NCBI GenBank assembly: GCA_043801585.1
Contig: JAZDLX010000071.1
Coordinates: 1 to 10,825 of the forward strand
DNA: 10,825 nt
Source of the DNA: a bacterium
GTDB lineage: Bacteria; Electryoneota; Electryoneia; Electryoneales; Electryoneaceae
Direction: 5' to 3'
A program made the translations under genes and the position numbers. Under the pieces are notes generated by a model. It was not told the origin of the DNA and ran no database searches. It saw nothing but the letters and a program-made list of their open reading frames with translations. Within the stretch, counting starts at the first letter, position 1; the number at the start of each line of letters is the position of its first letter. Of this stretch, positions 1 to 6,207 are shown one piece after another.

Positions 1-392
1 TCCCACTCCTCCGGATGGTATTCGTTCAGATAGTAGACTCGTTTGATTCCCACGGCGGCGATCATCTTGGCGCAATTGAAACAGGGCATCACGGTGACGT
101 ACATATCACAGCCGTCTGTAGACGGTCCGAATCGCGCGGCTTGGGCGATGGCGTTCATCTCGGCGTGCACCGTGCGCACACAGTGTTCGTTGTGCATCGC
201 ATGGCCGACTTCATCACAGGTGACACTGCCCGAGGGCGCACCGCCGTAACCACTGGCGATCACACGCTTGTCCTTGACGATTACCGCTCCGACACGTGCG
301 CGGTCGCAGGTCATGAATTGTGACCAGAACCTGGCGAGGTCGGTGAACCGTTTTTGCCACTTGTCCGGGCGTGCAGCATCCTTGGCGATCAT
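1..392 (-). CDS. dCMP deaminase / ComEB-family Zn-dependent deaminase (3'-truncated by the window edge)
   Basis: Not in the ORF track. My manual translation from ATG 392 (ATGA overlap with the thioesterase stop) is MIAKDAARPDKWQKRFTDLARFWSQFMTCDRARVGAVIVKDKRVIASGYGGAPSGSVTCDEVGHAMHNEHCVRTVHAEMNAIAQAARFGPSTDGCDMYVTVMPCFNCAKMIAAVGIKRVYYLNEYHPEEW..., open to the edge. It has HAE (159-167), PCxxC (72-86) and the TCxRxxVGAVIV signature. Confidence 0.93.
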   Translation of the reverse strand, partial: MIAKDAARPDKWQKRFTDLARFWSQFMTCDRARVGAVIVKDKRVIASGYGGAPSGSVTCDEVGHAMHNEHCVRTVHAEMNAIAQAARFGPSTDGCDMYVTVMPCFNCAKMIAAVGIKRVYYLNEYHPEEW

Positions 393-847
393 CCCTCGCC
401 TCCACCACTAAGATCGTTGTTGTTCGCGGCTTCTTCTATTTTTCTGAGGAGTTCATCAGGCGGGCGGACCGGTTTCGAATCCTCGACACGGAACCAGATG
501 CCGATTTGTGTTGCACGGGCACGCAGCTCGCCGTCCACGGTGAATTCAGCGTGAAGCGCAAATCGGAGACGTCCACCCGGAGCAACCCACATGGCGCCGG
601 TTACTTTCTCAAAAAGCCTGATCTGCCGAACGTAATCGATCTCGGTGCGCAGCAAGGCCGGCATCACTCCTGACGATGCTTCATGCTTGAGCGGGTGGTA
701 ACAGTCAAGCCAGGCGAGTCGCAGGTCTTCCAGCCAGCGGATGTAGCTGATGTTGCTGACATGGTTCGATGCGTCGATGTCGTAGGTCTTCGGCACGAAT
801 TCCAGCGTCACCGACAGAATTCGTGGAGTTTGTCCATGAGTTGTCAC
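389..847 (-). CDS. acyl-CoA thioesterase, hotdog fold (4HBT/YbgC/FadM family)
   Basis: 152 aa. DIDASNHVSNISYIRWLEDLR matches the D-x-D-xxx-H-V-x-N-xxY-xxxxE family motif. GTG start with AGGA upstream. Confidence 0.88.
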   Translation of the reverse strand: MTTHGQTPRILSVTLEFVPKTYDIDASNHVSNISYIRWLEDLRLAWLDCYHPLKHEASSGVMPALLRTEIDYVRQIRLFEKVTGAMWVAPGGRLRFALHAEFTVDGELRARATQIGIWFRVEDSKPVRPPDELLRKIEEAANNNDLSGGGEG

Positions 848-874
848 GATGAAGATCCTGGTTCGGATTGATCC

Positions 875-1846
875 CTATTTGCGTTTCTTCGAGCTCTTCT
901 TCGTTGTCTTCGGCTTGGGTTTTGGCTTGGGCGGATTTTTCAGTTCCTCAATCGCTTTCGTCACCGCCGGAACGTTATTGGTTGAGAGGACATCCGCGCC
1001 ATGACGGTAGAGATCCTCGTAGATCCCGATGCCTTTCGCGGCAGCACGGCGGTCCGGGTTGCCCATGGTGCCGAGAATGCAGCGAATTCCTTTTCCATGG
1101 AGAAGGTCATAGAGCGCCTTGTCCGCCTCGGTGATGCCGACGAAGGCGATCATGTTTTTTATCGGAATGCCCGCGTCGACAAGCCGCTGCAGATCCTCTT
1201 CGTTGCGGATATTCACGGAGAGCACCAGATCCGGGTCGAGATGGTGGTAGGCGATCGCCTGGTTCGCGTTGTAGGTGATCACCACGGCGTACCCTCGGGC
1301 GTCATGTTCGTTGATCGTATCGACGATCTTCCCGGGGCGAATGGACCGTTTGACATCCACCGTGAGCACCGCACGGCCGCGCGCCCAATCCAGCACCTCG
1401 CCAAGAGTGGGTGTATGAAAAACGGTGGTGTCGCCGGTCGGGTCGATCAGGTACCGCGATCGGATATCGTCGAAATAGAGATCGGAAATATGTCCCTGAC
1501 CCGCCATCGTTCGGCCGAGGGTGTCATCATGCATCAGCACCAGCATCGAGTCGGCGGTCTGGGCAACGTCCAGTTCGATCAGGCAGGGGAAATAGGTCAG
1601 TACGTGATCGAAGGTCTCGATGCAGTTCTCCGGGTATCCCGCCTCCGGCCCGCCACGGTGGGCGCTGATCAGGGGTTGTCGATCGGATGTCCAGCGCAGG
1701 TAGAACTGGAGGCTGGATGCGTCCGACAGCCTGACTGTGTGAGGTACCTGCGCGGTGCTGCTCTGAGCCTGTGCCTGAGGGACGAGGAGCAGGGACGCAG
1801 CGAGGAGAAGGACCAGCAGTGACGTTCGTCTGAATGGTGGATTCAT
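875..1846 (-). CDS. secreted glycerophosphodiester phosphodiesterase (GDPD family)
   Basis: Motifs ISAHRGG, PENC, IELDV, LMHDDTLGRT and VDVK. Sec signal peptide MNPPFRRTSLLVLLLAASLLLVPQAQA. Start moved to ATG 1846, which has GAGGT 4 nt upstream. Confidence 0.92.
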   Translation of the reverse strand: MNPPFRRTSLLVLLLAASLLLVPQAQAQSSTAQVPHTVRLSDASSLQFYLRWTSDRQPLISAHRGGPEAGYPENCIETFDHVLTYFPCLIELDVAQTADSMLVLMHDDTLGRTMAGQGHISDLYFDDIRSRYLIDPTGDTTVFHTPTLGEVLDWARGRAVLTVDVKRSIRPGKIVDTINEHDARGYAVVITYNANQAIAYHHLDPDLVLSVNIRNEEDLQRLVDAGIPIKNMIAFVGITEADKALYDLLHGKGIRCILGTMGNPDRRAAAKGIGIYEDLYRHGADVLSTNNVPAVTKAIEELKNPPKPKPKPKTTKKSSKKRK

Positions 1847-1894
1847 GATGACCTCATGCATGGTAGATGGTAAGCGTCCGCAGGGATGCTCACG

Positions 1895-2668
1895 TTAGAA
1901 AATCTCGTTGAAAAACCGTTTCATCTCGTCCCAGGAACGGCGGTCCGCCGTTTCGTTGTACGCCGCTCCACGGCTCGGATCGTTGCCCGCGGAAGGGTCC
2001 GTGAAGGCGTGGACTGCGCATCCATAGGCGACAAATTCCCAGCGCACACCCCCGTCCTGCATCTCCTTGCGGAAGGCTTCGACCTGTTCCCATGTCACAT
2101 TCGGGTCGTCCGCTCCGTGACAGACGAGCACCTGTCCCCGGATCGCATTCGCCTCACCTGGATTCGGAGTCTCCAGCCCACCGTGAAAACTGACTGTGCC
2201 CAGCACATCGGCACCGCTGCGTGCGAGTTCAAGGGCGCAGGTTCCGCCGAAACAATAGCCGATTACTGCTATTTTCTCGGGATCGACATTCGGGTGCAGG
2301 CGAAGCTGTTTCAACCCGGCGGCGGCGCGGCTTCGCATCACGCTGCGATCCCTGTACAGGGGACCAGCAAGGGCGGAGGCTTCCTGCGAGCTCGTTGCGC
2401 GTGTTCCCTTGCCGTACAAGTCGAGAGCAAAGGCAACATACCCCAATTCGGCGAGTTTGCGGATGCACATCTCCTCGTATCCGCCGAGACCTTTCCACTG
2501 GTGAATGACGAGGATTCCGGGACGGCGTCCTTCGATTGCATCGTCGCAGGCGACTTTCCCCTCGAAGGTCGCCCCATCATGGGTGTACTCGACGGTCTTC
2601 ATCACAATCTCCGAGTGGGCGGTGGGAACCAGCAGGACAAGAAACAGAAGGGTCATCACTTTTTTCAT
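1895..2668 (-). CDS. secreted dienelactone hydrolase family alpha/beta hydrolase
   Basis: Nucleophile elbow GYCFGG plus HGADD and AVHAF give the Cys-Asp-His triad. Signal peptide MKKVMTLLFLVLLVPTAHS. Start moved to ATG 2668 (AGGGAG RBS) because the longer ORF-track start runs through a terminator hairpin. Confidence 0.93.
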   Translation of the reverse strand: MKKVMTLLFLVLLVPTAHSEIVMKTVEYTHDGATFEGKVACDDAIEGRRPGILVIHQWKGLGGYEEMCIRKLAELGYVAFALDLYGKGTRATSSQEASALAGPLYRDRSVMRSRAAAGLKQLRLHPNVDPEKIAVIGYCFGGTCALELARSGADVLGTVSFHGGLETPNPGEANAIRGQVLVCHGADDPNVTWEQVEAFRKEMQDGGVRWEFVAYGCAVHAFTDPSAGNDPSRGAAYNETADRRSWDEMKRFFNEIF

Positions 2669-2714
2669 CTTGGTCTCCCTGCAGTTGCGGCGCCCCACGG
2701 TTTCGCCAGAATGC

Positions 2715-2749
2715 AATGAAAAGCGGCCGGATGCAAAGCATCCGGCCGC
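2715..2749 (-). terminator. intrinsic terminator after the second GT-C gene
   Basis: Perfect 12-bp stem GCGGCCGGATGC (2723-2734 / 2738-2749) with a 3-nt loop, followed by TTTTCATT on the minus strand. It begins 28 nt after the stop at 2778. Confidence 0.8.
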
Positions 2750-2777
2750 GGAATGTTTTCTCCGTGGAGCCACGGGA

Positions 2778-4436
2778 TCAGTCGGGGATTCGATAGAGGG
2801 TCAACTGGGTCATCGCCACCCGGGTCGCTTTCAGGTAACGTTTCGGACCCTTGCCGAGACTGACGGTTCGAATCGCCTTGAGTTTGGCTGGATCGAACCC
2901 AAGCCCTTTCAAAAGGTTGTACCTCGTCGATTCGTAAGGAGTCTCCGGGAACACGACGTACTTCACATTCCGCTGCTTCAACAACTCCGGTGTGCGGCCG
3001 TGAATCATCGCATTGGCCATTTCTCGGTCGGTGACCCCGCGCAGGTCCACGATGTGACGATGGCTGCGGTAGGCGAGCATCCCGATGTCGAATCCGGCAA
3101 CCGACTGGTCTTGCGGCACATTTTCGAGGACGACGTAGGCCATTTTCAACTGGACCATGCGCAGGTGATCGACGGCATCCGCATGCCACCCTGCCCAGCG
3201 CCATGTCTGCGGAACCAGTCCCGCCAGAAGCAGCGCCGCCAGGGCAACGGAGAACACTTTGCGGAACCCTCCCTCGGGCAGTTTTTCGATCAGGTAATTC
3301 CAGCCGAGCAGAACGACAATCGGCATCAACATCCAGAACGCCGCGAGGTAGCGGCTCATGTGTCCTTCATGCCCGATCACGATTCCGACGAAGAAGGGGG
3401 TAAGCAGGAGGTACACCCCCGTCGCTCGTCCCGTGGACAGGCCACCCACCATCAACCGAATCCAACCCACGACGAACAGAACAAAAACGAAAATCGTCCA
3501 GATCCAACCGACAGTCCCTCCGGGGCCGATGTCCGATTGCAGCCTCACCGCGATGTCGCGAAAGTAATGCAACATCGACAGCGAGGGGTCGCCCTGCCAG
3601 GTGAACAGCTGCGTGCCGAGTCCGTACATCCAACGCCTTCCAGTCAAGGCGGTGGGCGGGGTTCCGGCGAGCATCGAGATTACCGCAAGACCGGCGAGAA
3701 AGACGACGAACACCTGGATGAAGCGTTCCGTGGGCCGTTCCATTGCCCGGTACCAGTTCTTGAACCGGTGTTTGCCGGAGACCGCGTTGTAGAGGTCCGC
3801 CAGCCACGCCGTAAACGCCGCAAATACCACCTCAGGCCGGATCAGGCTGCCCGCGACAAAGGATGCCGTCGACCGTTTCGACCACCCCTGTCCATGGAAA
3901 TAGAGGGCAAGGATGACAAACGCCGCGATCAGCATTGCCTCCAGTCCTGTCAACGACAATGCAGCGTCCTGCCCGAGCAGCGTGACAATTGCCGCCACCG
4001 TCCACGCCGCGGCCGGTTTCAGCATCGCAAAGGCGTAACGGACTGTAAACGCCACGGCAAACCCGAGCGAAAGGACGGACAGGAAGATCGCCCCGATATC
4101 CGGGCGAACGCCGATCCAGGTCAACAGCGTCATGAACAGCGTCCAAACCGGACTGCTCGATCCACCGCCTTCCTGGCCGGGATTCAGGCCGAGAACTCCC
4201 GTATCCGCGAGGTTCATGGCGAGAACGGTGTGGATATACCCTTCGTCGAGGCTCAGAAGGAAGCCACCGCGAGCCTGGGACACGAAGTGATAGATGATCG
4301 CGAGCAAGACGGCAACAACCGCGGAGATAATCGCAGGCCCCCAGCCCCAGGGATCAAACAGCCAGATCGGTTCGCGGGGTTCTGTTATCTCCGAATGGCG
4401 TTCTCCAAGATGCGGCATGTCCGCATTGGTGAGCAT
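2778..4436 (-). CDS. polytopic membrane GT-C-fold glycosyltransferase, AftB-like (paralog 2)
   Basis: Acidic motif LDEGYIH in the first extracytoplasmic loop, then G-x-SSSPVW and IRPE, many hydrophobic segments, and a C-terminal soluble domain with DIGMLAY and IVDLRGVTD. Start moved to ATG 4436 (GAGGAGG RBS); 552 aa. Confidence 0.72.
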   Translation of the reverse strand: MLTNADMPHLGERHSEITEPREPIWLFDPWGWGPAIISAVVAVLLAIIYHFVSQARGGFLLSLDEGYIHTVLAMNLADTGVLGLNPGQEGGGSSSPVWTLFMTLLTWIGVRPDIGAIFLSVLSLGFAVAFTVRYAFAMLKPAAAWTVAAIVTLLGQDAALSLTGLEAMLIAAFVILALYFHGQGWSKRSTASFVAGSLIRPEVVFAAFTAWLADLYNAVSGKHRFKNWYRAMERPTERFIQVFVVFLAGLAVISMLAGTPPTALTGRRWMYGLGTQLFTWQGDPSLSMLHYFRDIAVRLQSDIGPGGTVGWIWTIFVFVLFVVGWIRLMVGGLSTGRATGVYLLLTPFFVGIVIGHEGHMSRYLAAFWMLMPIVVLLGWNYLIEKLPEGGFRKVFSVALAALLLAGLVPQTWRWAGWHADAVDHLRMVQLKMAYVVLENVPQDQSVAGFDIGMLAYRSHRHIVDLRGVTDREMANAMIHGRTPELLKQRNVKYVVFPETPYESTRYNLLKGLGFDPAKLKAIRTVSLGKGPKRYLKATRVAMTQLTLYRIPD

Positions 4437-4441
4437 GCGTT

Positions 4442-4470
4442 CCTCCTCGTACTTGAGCATTCAACGAGGA
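4442..4470 (-). promoter_or_regulatory. hairpin overlapping the RBS of GT-C paralog 2
   Basis: In the transcript TCCTCGT (4470-4464) pairs with ACGAGGA (4450-4444), covering 5 nt of the GAGGAGG RBS (4448-4442). Confidence 0.45.
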
Positions 4471-4478
4471 TCTGATTA

Positions 4479-6134
4479 TCAATTTTCTGGAAGATAGGCA
4501 TTTTCAAGGGTGACTTCTTCTGGTAGAGTCAAAGAAAACAACTGCACTGCTCGGGCGACACGGGGAGCTGCGGACGCGGAAGTGGCGAAAATGCTTACCC
4601 TTGGAAAAGCGCTGGCGATGTTGTCCGGAAGCGTCAGACTCGCGATCGGAACCCAATTTCCGGGAATTCCGCCGCGATAATTCAGCCATCCATCATAAAG
4701 AACGGCGACAGAAGCACCCCCGGCCCGGGACAGGGAATCCACCGCTTCGGACGTCAACTTACCCGCCTGCTGAAGCCGCATCACATCCGTGGAAGCCAGT
4801 CCCCAAAGGTCAATCACACGGACGTTGCCATCGAGAGCAACAGCACCAGGATCATGAATCACAACAGTTTCTCCTGCAAAATATTCCCGGAACAGGCGAG
4901 CTGTCTCGAGCGGTTGATCACGGATATCCTCCATGGCTTCCGAAATCCTGAGGGTGAGCCATGTCCGTCGCGCGAGATCATGAGCAGCGGGAAAGAGCAG
5001 GAAAAGCAGGAGCAGGATGGCAAACCCCATCTGTCCACTATGCGGCAACGAGCGCAGAGATGCGAACCACGAGCTTACGGAGACTTTCATCTCACGACCA
5101 AATACATAAAAAATGAGAACATGAAGGTACATCTCGTGACGATAGAGATTGTTCGTCTCCGAGAAGATCAAGTGTGCGATAATCATCGTTGCGGTGAGCA
5201 TCAGAGTCAGCGCTGCACGGCTCCACGCCATACCCCTGCGCAGGTAATGGATCAGAGCGAATGCGCCGAGTGCAACGCCAGTGTACATGAAGGAGTTCAT
5301 CCGAATCGGCTGAATGCCGTGCCAGAAGACCCAATCCTCGATACTGCCGGTAAACACGTCCGGCGGATGGTCCATCACCCCCTTCAGATAGGCCGTGTTC
5401 GGCAGGGGCGGACCTCCCTGAGAGGTGGCATACAGGGCATACAAAACCGGCGGCACCAGGGACACCAGCAGGAGCCCGGTGGCGAAGCCCCATCGGCGGC
5501 GAAGGACGAGGAGAACGGAGAGCGGGACAATCAAGGCGAGTCCCTCGTACCGCGTCGCCGTGAGCAGGGCCGCCAGCGCCATCATCACAACCCGACTCCG
5601 GGTGTTCAATCCATCGCCGTCATCCGCAATGAGTCGCTCGCCGAGGTTCAGCACCAGAATCGTCAGGATTGCATGCAGGACATGCTCCATGCCGAGGCAG
5701 ACGGTCACCAGCAGGGGAGCGCCGACGAGCACCGCAAGCAGCAACAGAATTCTCGTCGGGGCGCTAATCTGGTGTTTTCGAAATTGATCGTCGAGAATCA
5801 GCAACAGCAGGAGCATCAGGATCAGGTTGATGAAGAAGGGCGCAGCGGCATGAAAGCCGAAGATCCTGAAGAGAACGGCGAGCAGAACGGTCCAGAGGGG
5901 CGAGGATGACGCGGGAGTGAACCCGTCGGGATTGACGCTCCAGACGCCGTGAAAGGCGAGGTTCCTGGCGAGAGCGAGATGAATGTAGGAGTCGTCGCTG
6001 GGATACACATAGTCGCCTCCACCCATCCGCGAACTCATGGCGTAAAGCGACATGGCCCAGATCATTCCCGCGACACATACGACAACGATCGGGACGTAGA
6101 ACCATTTACGATCATTTGGTAAGTCACGAGTCAT
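4479..6134 (-). CDS. polytopic membrane GT-C-fold glycosyltransferase, AftB-like (paralog 1)
   Basis: Motifs SDDSYIHLALARNL, ASSSPLW, GME, TRYEG and PNT, many hydrophobic segments, and a C-terminal domain with HDPGAV and VIDLWGLAS. Start moved to ATG 6134 (GGAG 5 nt upstream); 551 aa. Confidence 0.75.
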   Translation of the reverse strand: MTRDLPNDRKWFYVPIVVVCVAGMIWAMSLYAMSSRMGGGDYVYPSDDSYIHLALARNLAFHGVWSVNPDGFTPASSSPLWTVLLAVLFRIFGFHAAAPFFINLILMLLLLLILDDQFRKHQISAPTRILLLLAVLVGAPLLVTVCLGMEHVLHAILTILVLNLGERLIADDGDGLNTRSRVVMMALAALLTATRYEGLALIVPLSVLLVLRRRWGFATGLLLVSLVPPVLYALYATSQGGPPLPNTAYLKGVMDHPPDVFTGSIEDWVFWHGIQPIRMNSFMYTGVALGAFALIHYLRRGMAWSRAALTLMLTATMIIAHLIFSETNNLYRHEMYLHVLIFYVFGREMKVSVSSWFASLRSLPHSGQMGFAILLLLFLLFPAAHDLARRTWLTLRISEAMEDIRDQPLETARLFREYFAGETVVIHDPGAVALDGNVRVIDLWGLASTDVMRLQQAGKLTSEAVDSLSRAGGASVAVLYDGWLNYRGGIPGNWVPIASLTLPDNIASAFPRVSIFATSASAAPRVARAVQLFSLTLPEEVTLENAYLPEN

Positions 6135-6143
6135 TCGGACTCC

Positions 6144-6178
6144 AAAAGGAAAACCGTGGGGTAATGTACTCCACGGTT
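6144..6178 (-). terminator. terminator-like hairpin after the SpoIID-domain gene
   Basis: Stem 6152-6163 / 6167-6178 (12 positions, one A-C mismatch in the transcript), running into TTTTCCTTTT (6153-6144) on the minus strand. Confidence 0.6.
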
Positions 6179-6207
6179 CACCTATCTGACGGTCTTGATG
6201 CAAAACC

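Noticed and set aside
15..408. ORF-track calls 15-323 (+), 43-249 (+) and 214-408 (-)
   Set aside because: All overlap the deaminase frame starting at 392 (-), which carries clear family motifs.
1870..1893. Imperfect hairpin between the DLH and GDPD genes
   Set aside because: It is mismatched in the transcript and has no U-tract, too weak to call a terminator.
2723..2749. Resemblance of GCCGGATGC...GCATCCGGC to enterobacterial REP elements
   Set aside because: There is a single copy, and its position and U-tract are explained by an intrinsic terminator.
2505..4475. 656-aa plus-strand ORF
   Set aside because: It lies antisense to GT-C paralog 2, has no recognisable motifs, and shows the R/H/Q/D-rich composition typical of the reverse complement of a GC-rich membrane-protein gene.
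4854..5909. 351-aa plus-strand ORF (likewise 1001-1822, 1886-2719, 6916-7767 and 8896-9642)
   Set aside because: These are antisense shadows of well-supported minus-strand genes, with no motifs of their own.
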